Part shown: piece by piece, positions 24,284 through 37,700 of the stretch
How the letters are laid out: every line of letters starts with the position of its first letter
How positions within the stretch are numbered: the stretch's first letter is position 1
Translations under genes and position numbers: made by a program
DNA from: Octopus vulgaris
Taxonomy: Eukaryota
Assembly: GCA_951406725.2 (NCBI GenBank)
Contig: OX597826.1
Coordinates: 72,602,001-72,666,000, forward strand
Reading direction: 5' to 3'
Length of the DNA stretch: 64,000 bases
Notes under the pieces: generated by a model
Databases searched by the model: none
What the model saw: the letters and a program-made list of their open reading frames with translations, nothing else
What the model was told of the DNA's origin: nothing

Positions 24284-25599
24284 TATACAGGAGCTCCAAT
24301 CAACTCTATTAACACAAATTTATAATATGGAGGTAAGCAGTCAAACAGATGAGTTGATCAATGTTTCTAGCCAAAGGAGATGTTATCTTGAGATTTAAAA
24401 TATGTGGGTCCTCATTTTAACAGCAGTAAGGTGATTTGGTGATGGGGTTTTGTCTGTTTTATTGAGCAGGTTGTGTAACAATGTTGAATATTCATTGAAG
24501 GATTACTCTATACTTTGCTGAATGTTGAGAATAAATGCTTCGGTGAGATTGGAAGTTCTGTTGGGTAATTTTTAGTGGTAAGAGATAACTGTGGAAGGAA
24601 TTTAACCCTTTAGGATTCAAACCGGCCATACCCAACCCAAATATATTGTTTGTTCAGACTGGCCCGGTCCAGCCTCTCACACCTGCCCTACATTGTCATT
24701 CTGAAAGTAAACAATTACATCATTGAAATCTTGAAGCTACAATTTAGTTCATGATTAATTCCAAACAATGTGAATAAATAAGAATTACATTTGGTAGAGT
24801 AATCTGAATACTAAAGGGTCTAAGGCATGGCTGCATCAAGATTTGTATCAATACATCAGCATCATTCTCATCATCATCTTCGTCGTCATCATTATTTAAT
24901 ATCCGTTGTTCATGCTGGCATGGGTTGGATGGTTTAACCAGGGGAGCTGCACCAAACTCTAGTGTGATTTGGCCTGGTTTCTATGGCTGAATGCTCTTCC
25001 TAATGCCAACCACTTTAAAGTGGGTACTGGGTGCTTTTGCGTGGAACCACATGGGCGCTTTTGCGTGGAACAGTACGTGCACTCTTACATGACACTGCAT
25101 AGGCACTTTTATGTGATGCCGCATGGGCGCTTTTATGTGGCACAGTCATGAGTGCTTTACATCACCAGCAGGATTTGTCTTAATACCTCTGCTGTGTGGT
25201 ATGGGTCTTCTTGAGTACAGCCAGGCACCAGGTATCTCGGTCCTTTGTCATCTCACCTGAAAAGTTCAGCTTCCTGAGGTTGTTCTTCAATATTTCATCC
25301 CATGTCTTCCTGGGTCTCCCACTTCCACATGTTCCATCCACTTATCTATTTGTTAGTATTTCAGCATCTTGTATTTACAGCTGCTGTAATTTTAGATAAT
25401 ACTTATTTTGCTTTTAGATATATCACTCATACCATCTCTTGGTTCTTTAGGTATGATGAGTATGGACAAGTACTTTACTAGATATTTGGTACTGTGTAGT
25501 TTGGTGGATATTATACTCTTCTTTCAAATCTAGGTCATAGTCTTGGATCCTTCTCAGTGGAAGATTAAAAAAAATAGTACCAATAATATACTTGAATAA

Positions 25600-25791
25600 G
25601 GTGGCGAGCTGGCGAAATGCTTAGCAGTATTTTGTCTATCTTTACGTTCTGAGTTCAAATTCCACTGAGGTTGACTTTGCATGTCATCCTTTCGGGGTCA
25701 ATAAATTAAGTACCAGTTGCATACTGAGGTCAATCTAATCGACTGCCCCCCCTTCCCCAAAATGTCAGGCCTTGTGCCTAGAGGAGAAAAA
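25600..25791 (+). mobile_element. SINE with 18-bp TSD
   Basis: TSD aataatatacttgaataa at 25582-25599 and 25792-25809. Confidence 0.9.
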
Positions 25792-26144
25792 AATAATATA
25801 CTTGAATAAAATGTTGATGTTGTCTTGTAATTTGGAAGTTAGTACCTCCTCTCCCCTAATTTCTGATAAAAATGTAAGTGTTGACCTCTTCACCTTATTC
25901 GTTTTTTGGGATAGTTTTTCAGAAATTTGCATTTAAATACATGATCTGTTTGAACAAGTGTTTGTTTTTGTACTTGGATACTCTTGCTACCATTTGCTTC
26001 TTTATTGGAGTAAGAGGAGTACTTGTTTTGATTAGACTCTGAAGAATGACTGTATCAAGGTTTGAACTCTTGACCTATTTGCTAAATATTTCAGCTTTTT
26101 CATCTTACAGCCATCAACTTTATATATTTGTTATTCACTTTTAG

Positions 26145-26287
26145 GTGTAACAGGCGAACCCGCTCTTGGCTCCCGGTCAGGAGTTGGTGGTCTTGCTATC
26201 AATGATTTGGTCAATGTTGATCTGGATCTGGAGATAGTTCAGTCGCTGCAGCATGGTCACGGTGGATGGACAGATGGAATGTTTGAG
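26145..26287 (+). CDS. mib1: mib1 exon (linker and start of mib repeat 1); alternative in-frame start at 26154
   Basis: ttcacttttag acceptor, GAG|gtaagt donor. Encodes (G)[47 protein letters not shown]. Confidence 0.93.
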
Positions 26288-27393
26288 GTAAGTTCTCTTT
26301 CCAAATATCATCCTTATCATCTCTGTCACTTAGAATTATCATCTTTATTTCTGCTCATGTGATGGCACGTGGCCTAGTGGTTAGGGTGTTGTACTCATGA
26401 TTGCTAGATAGTGGGTTCAATTCCCAGACTGAGTGGTGTGTTATATTCATGAGTAAAGCACTTCATTTCACATTGCTCCAGTCCACTCAGCTGTAAATGG
26501 GTCACCCTGCAACAGACTAGCCTTTTGATCAAGGGGAAATGTTGGCCTGCCTGCCTCGCTAGAGGGGTGGCATCATTTAAAAACTAAAATGAGGCAAAGT
26601 GTATTGGGACCAGTGATGTGTAATAACATCCAGTAATCAGTTTGATCAAGGAATCATATGATTTCTGCTCCTCAGCTCATTTTTCTTCTCTACATCTTGT
26701 ATCTCATTGATTATGTACAGATATTTATTGATAGTGACAGTAGATGCCTGTTGTTCACATTGACAATATGTATTGTTATTATTCACAGCAGCAATACATC
26801 TAAAGTTGTTAACAGGAGTTATAAGGGACTTGGTTGTTGGCTTATAAAAACTATATACACACATACACTTTGTGTGCAGGCATGGCTGTGTGGGTAAGAA
26901 GTTTACTTTACAACAATGAAGATCTAGGTTTGATCCCATTCCATACAATTTGGGCAAATGTCTTCTGTTATAGCCTCAAGTAGACCAATATTTTGTGAAT
27001 GGAATTCGGTAGATAAAAACTCTGCAGGAACATGTTATGTATGTATGTACATTCTTGACACAATGCTGCAGGTTGCAAAAAAAAATGTTCTTGTGTATAT
27101 GAGCAATTCAACAAATAGATATTGAAAAATAAATATCAGATTGAAATAAGTACTGGGGTAGATATGATGGACTAAATCCTTGAAGCTGCTGCCGTAGTGT
27201 TCACCACAGTCCAATGACTGTAGCCAGGAAAAGAACAAATGAAAACAACAAACTTCTGATAATATTATTGTTATATTTTGTAAAGCTCGCTTGGTAAATG
27301 TTAGTGTTACATTTATTTGATCAAAAGGATTCCCAGATTTTGCTGTAATTTAATCTTTGTATTTTTGCATTGATTCTTATTTTGTCTTTTCAG

Positions 27394-27470
27394 TGTCTGG
27401 GAACCACAGGAACTGTGATTGGTATTGATGAAGACAGAGATATTGTTGTGTCATATCCCAGTGGTAATCG
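27394..27470 (+). CDS. mib1: mib1 exon (mib repeat 1)
   Basis: tttgtcttttcag acceptor, CG|gtaaga donor. Encodes [25 protein letters not shown](R). 77 nt. Confidence 0.96.
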
Positions 27471-28092
27471 GTAAGATTTACATTGACATTTGGTAACACG
27501 ATGGTGACTTTGTGACATAATCACAACATTATGACTTTGGACTGGGTCGTGACATAGTGACTTTGTAGCATGGTAGTGCCATTGTGATATGATAGTATAG
27601 TAGCGACATTATGATATGGAGGGTTTGTAACATGAGTGCATGAGTGAGATTACTGATTGAGAAGAAGGTCTGTGGCGGTGGGAGAGACTACCAATACATA
27701 AGAGTAGCTAGAAGATACAACACTTACAGAATGAAATGATGACAGCTCCCATTACCTATGTGACTTAATCAGCAATGGAGGTGGATGTTGTGAAAGATAG
27801 TTGTCAGACTAAAGATAGAGTGAGAAAGGTTCAGGGATCTATTACCTCTGCTGGTAACAAAGGGATGACAGTATACATTGATAGGTAATTTACCATAACA
27901 ACCATCTACTTCACATCGTAGCTTCTCTCACTGCCTGCTTCGCACCATCAGTGTTTACCCTACTTACTTCCCCTTTCTCTTTCAACTTGTGCTCTGTTTT
28001 GAGATTCCATTCAGTTTATACAGTATAAGATACCCTTTTTTTGTAAGCTCAGTATGATTCTGACCAATTCTCTCTTTCACTTAATGTTTTAG

Positions 28093-28094
28093 TA

Positions 28095-28167
<73 letters not shown>
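28093..28167. repeat. (TA)n microsatellite about 75 nt upstream of a mib1 exon
   Basis: Read directly from the sequence. Confidence 0.95.
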
Positions 28168-28170
<3 letters not shown>

Positions 28171-28242
28171 GAATTCAAAATATACACAATTACAATTCCT
28201 ACATTACCACTGTGTATAGAGTTTCATGGATTTCATTTTCAG

Positions 28243-28429
28243 GTGGACATTTAATCCAGCTGTTTTGACAAAGGTTACTCCAACAGCCAATACTGCATCA
28301 ACATCAACTGAAAATACATCAACCAACTCTCCATTTGCTGTTGGGGACCTTGTACAAATTTGTAGTGATGTGGAACGTCTGAAGCAGTTACAACGTGGAC
28401 ATGGCGAATGGGCTGAAGCTATGTTGCCT
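28243..28429 (+). CDS. mib1: mib1 exon (end of mib repeat 1, S/T-rich linker, start of repeat 2)
   Basis: tttcattttcag acceptor, CCT|gtaagt donor. Encodes [62 protein letters not shown]. 187 nt. Confidence 0.97.
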
Positions 28430-29677
28430 GTAAGTCTCTTTCTTATAATAGTGTTTCTCACAACTGATTTCAAATCTATCCACTCACTTGAGATTATTTT
28501 AAGAAATTTTTATGTCAAGATAACAATACTGTTCATGCCTGGACATTAACACCTCTCTGTCTAGGTATGAATAGCATCCAGTAATGATAGTGATGCTGTA
28601 TCTGGACAGTAATGCTGCCTTGTCTGGATACAGCATCACTGCATTAAAAAGTTTATTTCACAACTGAGTGCTTTCATGTTTGATTTCACTGTACATCTAC
28701 TTGGTTTAAATGTTTTGTATCATAGCCTTGGATTGATCAAAGCCTTGTGACTGAAATTTGAAGAGTTTGAAAATTGTGACTGAATTTGAAGAAGTTCATT
28801 GGAAGAACACTTCTTCTTTTTGGGTAGCACACTTCATCCCTCACTTGATGTTTAGGTGCCTTTATCAGAGACCATTCTGTTGCAAGTATTTGGGCTAGAT
28901 TGGGTCTAGGGTTTAAACTAACCTCTTCTTTTCCTCTTGTCTATTACAGAAGCCCTGAAAAATATAATGGGCACTGCTTAAAAAGCAGTCATAGATAACG
29001 GTGTTGTCACAGATATGGACATCAAGTTGGCATGTCCAGCTAAAAGTGCAACCTTGGATCGAAGACATCTGTTAATTCTTTGTCCTGTAATTTAAACTAT
29101 CATTAAATTTTCTTTAATTTCCATTTTTTCTAACACAAACAGCTGCAAACAGATTTTATATAATCATATCTAGAATAATAGAGTAACTGTTGGCACTTTT
29201 AATATATATATGAGCTCTGCACAAAAACTCCATTACTTGAAAATCAGGCAAGGGTTAGTGACATGAAGGGCATCCAGCTGCAGAACAGTGTCTCGATAAG
29301 TATTCATCCAACCCAAGCTAGCATGGATAAAACAGAAGTAAAATGAATGGACAAATGAATGAACTGTAATACTCGTACATGTGTGTGTGTATATATACAC
29401 ACACACCTGCATATACATACATACATACACATATATGAGAGGTATTGGTATATTGGTATATAGAAGTTTCAAAGAGTGGCAGGTGATGCTTAGTAAGTGC
29501 TATGGACAGACTGTAGTTAAACTCTTGGTTTGATAATAATACGAATATCACTATCAAACCAAGACTACACACACACACATATATATATATATATATTTAT
29601 TGTCCTATGTAATCTGTGTATAATATTGCTGATACTGCGAATTAATAATGAAATATTTTTGTATTTGTTGTGAACAG

Positions 29678-29825
29678 ACTCTTGGTAAAGTAGGATGTGT
29701 TCAACAAATTTACCACGATAGTGACCTAAAAGTAGAAGTTTGTAGTACTTGTTGGACATATAACCCTTCGGCTGTTACCAAAGTTGCTTCAGCAGATGGT
29801 ACTGCCGTGCCACATTCTTCTGGAG
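29678..29825 (+). CDS. mib1: mib1 exon (mib repeat 2)
   Basis: gttgtgaacag acceptor, G|gttagt donor. Encodes [49 protein letters not shown]. 148 nt. Confidence 0.95.
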
Positions 29826-31299
29826 GTTAGTTTACCAAGTTTCTTTTATTACTTTTTGCTTTCACCTTGTATTTTGCATACCACAAAGAAAGAGGGGACA
29901 GTACCCATTTATACGAAATTTTCTAATTCTTCCCTACAAAACAAAAAAAAAAGAATTCAGCTGTGTTGTTTATCATTTTCTCATTTGCTTCGATTCCTTC
30001 TCTTCCCTCTTTCTCTGATTATTATCTCTTTCTTTCTTTTCTCTCAGATTATCTCTCCTTTTCCATCTCTGATTATTTCATCTCCCCTTTTCCTTAGTCT
30101 CTTCCATATTCTTTATTCTTGCATACTTCATCATCTTGCTCCAGGAGTAAACTCTCACAAGTTTTGTTCCCTATTATCTTTTACTTGTTTTAGTCATTAG
30201 ACTGCAGCCATGCTGGAGCATTTCATTAATTAGTCTACATCCTCCAAAGACAACCAATTGTATTTGGTTCTGCGAAAATTTCACTTTGTTCCAATTCACT
30301 TGGCTGAAAATGAATTCCAGCAATAGCTGGTGAATTACTCCTGTGATAAACTGGCATTCTGTTCAGAGAGGAGTTTTATAATCTCAGCTACTTTTACATC
30401 AACAAAACCTGTTTAAGCTCTGGCCTTATGAATCCTTAGGACTCGTAACAGACCTAAGCTGTGGTTGCAGAAGAAAGTGGAGCTATAAAGTACATTTTCT
30501 TGGAATGATGAACTGAATAATGAATTATTAATTGCTACAAAAAAATCACAGAAAGGTACTTATTTTGGTTGCATAAATAAAATAGAAATTTGCTTGAACT
30601 TCCTTCAGATTGAAATTATTTCACAACAAAACAATTACACTAACAAAGAACATATGTTGAATGCAAGATGAAGTTTGATGACTGAAATTTTATTTCCAAA
30701 TTTGTGAATGTTGCACAAATGCACCATACAGAAAAATTCTCTTGAATGGGAATACTTATAACAAAGATGACATCATATGTCACAACAGATTGGATCCTAT
30801 TGATATTCTTACCTTGCAATATGGCTGAACCATCTGCCCCAAGGTGCCAGTGATTGGAGCAACAGTGGTAATAAGAAGTGTACTATGAGCTGAAAAGTGA
30901 AGAATATAAACAGTTGAAATGTATTCTTAGTGAAATGTTTTAAGAAAAGAACATTTTAGTTTTAAATTTTCTATTGCAAGACAGACCATACTTGTACTAA
31001 TAAGTTACTCCCTGAGCTGATGTTGATACTAATTAACAAAATCAGGAGTGAATATATACAACTGCAATGTTTCTCTATTTTGGTTAATTAGCACTCGTTT
31101 AAATGCTCTCTCAGTGACTGCTGAACAGTATCTTGGAGACACCAAAGAAGTAAACCAAGGCAAAGCAATAAAGATGAAAAAATGCCATCATGAATTTGGG
31201 AAATGGAAATAAACCCTTGCAATCAATAGACTGTATAATATCTAGTTCTTCATAGATGGAAAATATGAAACTCTGATGAACAGTATTTTAACCTATACA

Positions 31300-32309
31300 A
31301 GGAGTATCAGCTTGATGGTCAATCTTCATCTAGTTATTCTATTAATGCTGGAGTTCCTCAAGGATCTGTCCTGGGCCCAACTCTCTTCTTTTTATCAATG
31401 ATCTGCCTGATCATATCATCAGTCAGCTAGTAATCTATGCTGATGACTCTACTTTGTACTCTTGTTTAGACAAATCTGATGACTTGTCTGATAATGTTGA
31501 GACCGCTGCTAACCTTGCGAATGATCTTCGATCTGTTGTTGAGTGGGGTAGGAAATGGCTTGTAATGTTTAATCCATTGAAAACTAAACTTCTTTCAATT
31601 GATCGCTTCAAACATCCTTTCTTGCCATCAGTTTCGATGGATGGTATGGATTTACCTGAAAGTCGTTCTCTTTGTCTCTTAGGAGTGACTCTCTGTAATG
31701 ATTTTTCTTGGAGGACTTACATTGACTCTATTGCCAAATCGGCTGCAATGAAGGTAGGCTCACTCCTTTGTTTGAGGAGCTATCTCCTGAGACTATTCTT
31801 TATCTTTATAAGTCCACCATTCGCCCCTGCATTGAGTACTGTTGTCACATATGGGCAGGTGTTCCTGTGGGTTGTTTAACTCCGTTGGACTGGTCCTGAT
31901 CTATCTTCTAAATTGGATTCACTCTCTCATCATCATCATCATGTGGCTTCCTTGTCTCTTTTCTATAAATATTTTCATGGACATCGTTGAGCTGAGCTCT
32001 CTTCTCTGGTTCCTTCTCTAAGAATTTAACAGCAACCAACTAGACTCGCATCCAGTCCTCATCAATATACTGTGCAACCTCCTAAGTGTTGTGAAGCACT
32101 TTACAGTACCAGTTTCTTCCCTCGCACCTCTGAACTTTGGAATTCCTTTCCACAGTCCTGTTTTCCTCTTCAATATGACCTCCAGTCTTTTAAGTCTAAT
32201 GTATATCGTCACCTATTGACTTCTGTCTAACATTCATTTTATTCTAGTAGCTCTTACGTTTTCAGTGGTCTAAGGACTTTGTAACGAGTGAATGCTTTAA
32301 AAAAAAAAA
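31300..32309 (+). mobile_element. 5'-truncated CR1/L2-group LINE: frameshifted reverse transcriptase C-terminal half with poly(A) tail
   Basis: GVPQGSVLGPTLF, INDLPD, IYADDSTLY, W...WLVMFNPLKTK, LLGV and YCCHIWAG motifs; A-run at 32299-32309. Confidence 0.9.
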
Positions 32310-32454
32310 GGCAAAAAACAGACATTTGCAAGTACAACCTTAGTCAGGAAAGAGAAGAGCTTTTATTATTAGATATATATATATAATTTTGGGTCATCTG
32401 AGTTGGCCGTGCTATAAATCTCTTTCTTAATCTAGAAATGTTTTTGTTTTCCAG

Positions 32455-32588
32455 AACGTTTGAGTGCCCTGTTGAAAAAATTGTTTGAAAGCCATGTATC
32501 TGGAGATGTGAATGAAGAATTAGTGAAGGCTGCAGCAAATGGCGATGCTGCTAAAGTCGAAGAAATTCTTCAAAGACCAGAAGCCGAG
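32455..32588 (+). CDS. mib1: mib1 exon (start of ankyrin repeats)
   Basis: tttgttttccag acceptor, GAG|gtaata donor. Encodes (E)[44 protein letters not shown]. 134 nt. Confidence 0.96.
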
Positions 32589-32828
32589 GTAATATATTTA
32601 CTTGTCACTTCACTCATCAGTTGCTGCTTTCATTTGTATAAAAATTAATTTTTTCTTTCTATCTGTCAATTTTTGAAATATGTTGTAAATGTATTTGCTA
32701 GATTTTTCAAAATACAGACATGTACTTAATATGTGGAAGTGTCTGTGTGGTTGGGGTGTTATTGCTAGCTGTTTATATATTCTAGTAAAACATCTTTTTC
32801 ATCACGATGTCATTGCTATTATTACAAT

Positions 32829-34100
32829 AAGGTGGTAGGCTGGCAGAATCATTATTCTTTTATGCTTTTATTTGTTTCATCATTTGACTGTGGCCATGCT
32901 GGAGCACTGCCTTTAGTTGAACAAATCAACCCCAGGACTTAGTCTTTGTAAGCTTAGTACTTATTCTATCAGTCTCTTTTGCCAAAATGCTAAGTTACAG
33001 GGACGTAAACGCACCAACAATTGTTGTCAAGCGATGGTGGGGGGACAAACACCAACACACAAACACATACATACGCTCACACACACACATATATACATAA
33101 ACAGCGGGCTTCTTTCAGTTTCTGTCTACCAAATCCACTCACAAGGCTTTGGTTGGCCCGAGGCTATAGAAGAAGATACTTGCCCAAGGTGCCACGCAAC
33201 GGGACTGAAGCCGGAACCATGTGGTTGGTAAGCAATCTTCTTACCATACTGCAGCATTTCATGCGTCCTTATGTTCTGAGTTCAAATTCCACTGAGGTCG
33301 ACTTTGACTTTAATCTTTTCAGGGTCAATAAATTAAGTACCAGTCAAGTACTGGGATCGATGTAATTGACTAGTCTGCCCCCACCATAACTAAATTTCAG
33401 GCCTTGTGCCTTTAGTAGAAAGGTTATTATTCTTAATCATAACAATAAGCAAGTGAAATGGCAGAATCATTAGCACACTGGACAAAATTCTTAGCAATAT
33501 TTCGTACGTCTTTACATTCTGAGTTCAAATTCTACCAAAGTTTGCCTTTCATCCTTTCAGGGTTGATAAATTAAAGTACCAGTTGAGTACTGGGGTCGAT
33601 GTAATCGACTTACCCGCTTCCCTCAAAATTTCAGGCCCTGTACCTTTAGTAGAAAAGGTTATTATTCATAAGAATAGTGTGGTGAGCTTGTAGTATTGCT
33701 AGCGTGTTAGACAAAAAATGTTTAGTGGCAATTCTGGCTCTTTATGTTCTGAGTTCAAATCCCACCAAGGTTGTCTTTGTCTTTCATCCTTTCGGAGTTG
33801 ATTAAATAAGTAACAGTTGAACACTGGGGTCTAAGTAATTGACTCATCCCTTCTCCTAAAATTGCTGGCCAAACCATTATTCAGAACAATAATGATAGTA
33901 CTTAATGTATTCACAAGAGTGGTAGATGGCAGAATTGGTTGTGCATCAGACCAAATGCCTGGGATTGTTAAATAATTTGTAGCTGTTAAGTACTGGGGTC
34001 GACAAAAAAAGTACCAGTTGAACACTGGGGTGAGTATAATTGACTTAAACCCCTCCCCTGAAGTTGCTGGCCATGTGCCAAAATTTGAAGCCAATATTAG
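32829..34100. mobile_element. nested SINE cluster: a minus-strand ~400-bp SINE (32856-33250) inside a plus-strand SINE, followed by further tandem copies
   Basis: The host SINE head aaggtggtaggctggcagaatc is broken off and resumes at about 33252; further copies follow to 34100. Confidence 0.8.
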
Positions 34101-34322
34101 AATCTTTGTTTATAAAATGAGATCTACTCTCTCTCTCTTTCCCTCTCCATTCTGGGTTCAAAGCTCTCCAGTGTTGACTTCACTTCACATTTCTTCATTA
34201 TAAAATAAATACCAGTCATATGTTACGGTTGAATCTGTTGTTTGTACACTACTCTTTTAAAATTGTGGTCTTGTATCAGTGTAAGGACTCATTATTATTA
34301 ATGATATTGTCATTAATTACAG

Positions 34323-34430
34323 GTGAACGGAGTTTTTGCTGGTCACACAGCATTACAGGCGGCTTCTCAGAACGGTCACATGGAAGTAATCAAAACTTTA
34401 ATGAAGAACTCATTGGATCATGAAATAGAG
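34323..34430 (+). CDS. mib1: mib1 exon (ankyrin repeat)
   Basis: taattacag acceptor, GAG|gtgagg donor. Encodes VNGVFAGHTALQAASQNGHMEVIKTLMKNSLDHEIE. 108 nt. Confidence 0.96.
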
Positions 34431-34562
34431 GTGAGGCAACTGTTTTCATAGATATTTCTAGTGTAAACAACAGTCTTAATTTTTAGTTTAAAGCTTTTGT
34501 CACCTGTTAAAATCCACCACAAATAAATTAAAAGTGTTTTCTAAATTGTTTCTGATTGGTAG

Positions 34563-34760
34563 GATAAGGATGGAGATCGAGCTGTGCACCATGCAGCTTT
34601 TGGAGACGAACCAGCTGTGATTGAACTCCTGCACAAAGGAGGTTGCGATCTGAATGCGCGCAACAAACGTCGGCAAACACCTCTTCACATTGGTGTCAAT
34701 AAAGGACACATTGGTGTTGTCAAGTGTCTCCTATCTCTAGGGTGTCACCCTAGTCTTCAG
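34563..34760 (+). CDS. mib1: mib1 exon (two ankyrin repeats)
   Basis: ctgattggtag acceptor, CAG|gtaagt donor. Encodes [66 protein letters not shown]. 198 nt. Confidence 0.97.
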
Positions 34761-37700
34761 GTAAGTGTGCCACATTCTTTGATTGTTGCTTCTTTCATAA
34801 TTCTGATTTTGAGTGATGCATACACATTTAGTTTATCGGAGGAAAGTCCATCTCTTGAGGCCAGTAATTCTTTGTAATTATTCCCACTGTTAGTTGTGTG
34901 ACCTGCATTACGAATTGATGGGAAAATAGTTGATGATGTTCTGCATCTGATTACAATAGGGAACTGTAATTTGTTTTGATTCTTACTGCTAGAATAATTA
35001 GTCTTTTGAAAGAGACATGCTAGAGCATTGGTGGTAATATAGGCTGTTAGCTAATTCATGGACTGCTTAGATCATCTATAACGTCCATTTATTTAACTGT
35101 GCAGGTGGCACGTAAAGCACCCAATCCACTCACGGAGTGGTTGGCGATAGGAAGGACATCCAGCCGTAGAAACTCTGCCAGATTCAGACTGGAGCCTGGT
35201 GCGGCCCTGGCTTCCAGACCCGGTCAAACCGTTTAGCGCGGAAAGCGGACGTTATGATTATATATATATATATATATATAACAAAATAGCGGATTTAAAA
35301 AGGGGAAGAGGACATTGTAAAAAAAAAAACCCATTGTTATCTCCCTTATTTAACACTTTTTTGTTGTCAACTGAATTAGATCACAATTAAGAAGTTTAAT
35401 TAAAAATTATTTAATAGTTTCAAAATGCAAGTGAATGTTTATCCAAATGATGATATAACCTTGGTGTTTGTTCAGAAATTTAATCAAATGGTGATGGAGA
35501 TGGTGGGTACATTGTATGGGAAAGGATTACCTGTTTCTGCTAGTTAATTTTTAAACTTAATAGTAAAGGAAATGATTTATAAATTACTCTTCATATTTCT
35601 ATTAAATACACAGGATAATTTCATTTGTTCCTCTTGGATTAAATCACTTTTTGAACATTAATCCATCGTACATCTTTGAAATATGTCTAGCTTCTAAAAT
35701 AAGTAATGACCTGATATTAGTTTTGTTGACTTCACTTTCTTTTGTCAGAAGTTCATCCCTTCAGATTGTATATTTAGTAAGTGGGCCTTAACTCTTTAGC
35801 ATTTAAACCAGCTATATCAGGCCCAAATATTCTACCTTGTTCCATGTTCAAACCAGCTAGATTCAACTTCTCACACCTACCCTATAATGTCATTCTAAAA
35901 ATTAACAACCATATCACTGAAATCTTGAAGCTATGAGATAATGCATGATTAATTCAAAGCAGTGTGAATAAATAACCATTACATTAGACAAGGTAATCTG
36001 AATATTAACTAAAAGGTAAAAGGATTTTTGAGGTCTTCCTGAAGTATGTGTTGCTTTGTACTGTAATGTAGATGAGATGTTGGTTTAATGGGTCTAGCAA
36101 TATACCTTTCATTGTTGCTTGTAAGCTATTTCATTTCCATCACTAAGGCTCTACAGCTGTCTCTTTCTCATGATCATCCATTGTAAATGTGAAGATTCAA
36201 ACCCATGAAAAAGCTCATTAGTTAATGACTATAAAAGGTCTTTTTTTTCCTTATTGCATGTCTTAACATGTTTAACTCGTTTGTCAAATTGATATTGTAT
36301 GATATTGTAGAAATCTCTAAATTCTGAGTTTCAATGATTCTCAACCAGAATGCAGTGCATTTATATATGGTGTCACATTGTCATCCCCTTCCCTCTTCAT
36401 CCTGATAAATCAACAATATTCAGAACACTAGCACTCTGTCTAGACATATTTACCCTTCTGCAAACACTCTCTCTCTTATTCAGTCAAGACACACCTTTGA
36501 CCTCTTTCTGTCACTAATGACCATGGATGAAAATCCAAGTTGTTTGCCCCACTGGAACAGTATTGTCTGTGACTGAAAAATCTGATGCACAAATGACAGT
36601 CTCTGTTGCATAAGCTGCATGTATGGGCTATCCCAGTGTTTTTTGGGTTGTAGTATTCTTTTTCGTGGATCTGCCTTTCTTCTGCTGCATTCACCAGTCT
36701 CTATTCTTGTGGTTTCAGCTGCTTGGACAGGTTACCTCTCTCTAATGTTGGGTGTTTGATAAGATCCAGATTTGGGCAGTATGATATGGTGGCTAGGTTG
36801 TTACCCATGCAGCATGTAGCCCCTTTTGCTAATGGAACCCCCTCAAAAACAGCACAATTGTTAGAATTTTAGTATTAGCTTTGTTGCAGAAGTTGACAAC
36901 ATTGAACTACTGGTGCTCTGACTCTTGATTTTTTTCTTAAGGTTTACTTTTGAAGCTCTTTCTATGGCTCAGTATGGCTGCAAGGCAATGGTAGGTTCTC
37001 TTTGCCCTGGATAGATTACTCCCAACAACCTAACAAGCTCTATTTGCCCAGCTGACTTGCTAATTTATCCTTAGCTGGGACCTTGATAGGTGCTACTATT
37101 CCAGGTCAGAGTTGACCAGAGTGCAATAGTGACTAAAGGTCATTCTACCTTCTTCAAAACCCTGAAACTCCAGGCTAGAGCTCCACTGCTAGATGCAGGT
37201 TAAAGTCATATCCAGGAAAAAGACACAACATAATGATTTCTTTCACAGCAGCATTAATAACCTCCATTAGTCCTGGTCTTTTGTTGGGATGCATGGCACT
37301 AATAAACAGAAAAAGGAGAATAGTGGCTGTTATACTCTGACCAGATCCACTTTAAATAACTCCATTGTGACCTCTGTTCCAGAACATGAGATAGACAGGA
37401 ATAGAAAAGATAGTGAAAGAAATATAACAGGTTCTGTCTGTCATATTGTGATATAACTGATACTGTAAACCATTACCTACTCTGTACAAAGAATGCTGGA
37501 TCTGTACATTGCATCTGGTTGTTAAATTGATAGCTTGAGCCAACTTACTAGAAATAGTAGCCAAATCTTTTGCAAATTACCTTCTACCATTTGAAAATAG
37601 AAGGACATAGTGGATAATGTAGTCCTAAATACACTGTTTCTCAAGCAAACATGGGATGTTGTGGTTGGAACATATATATATCTGTAAGGGCTATTGGATC

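Noticed and set aside
31454-31879. 141-aa ORF considered as a nested gene
   Set aside because: It is a frameshifted piece of LINE reverse transcriptase downstream of YADD.
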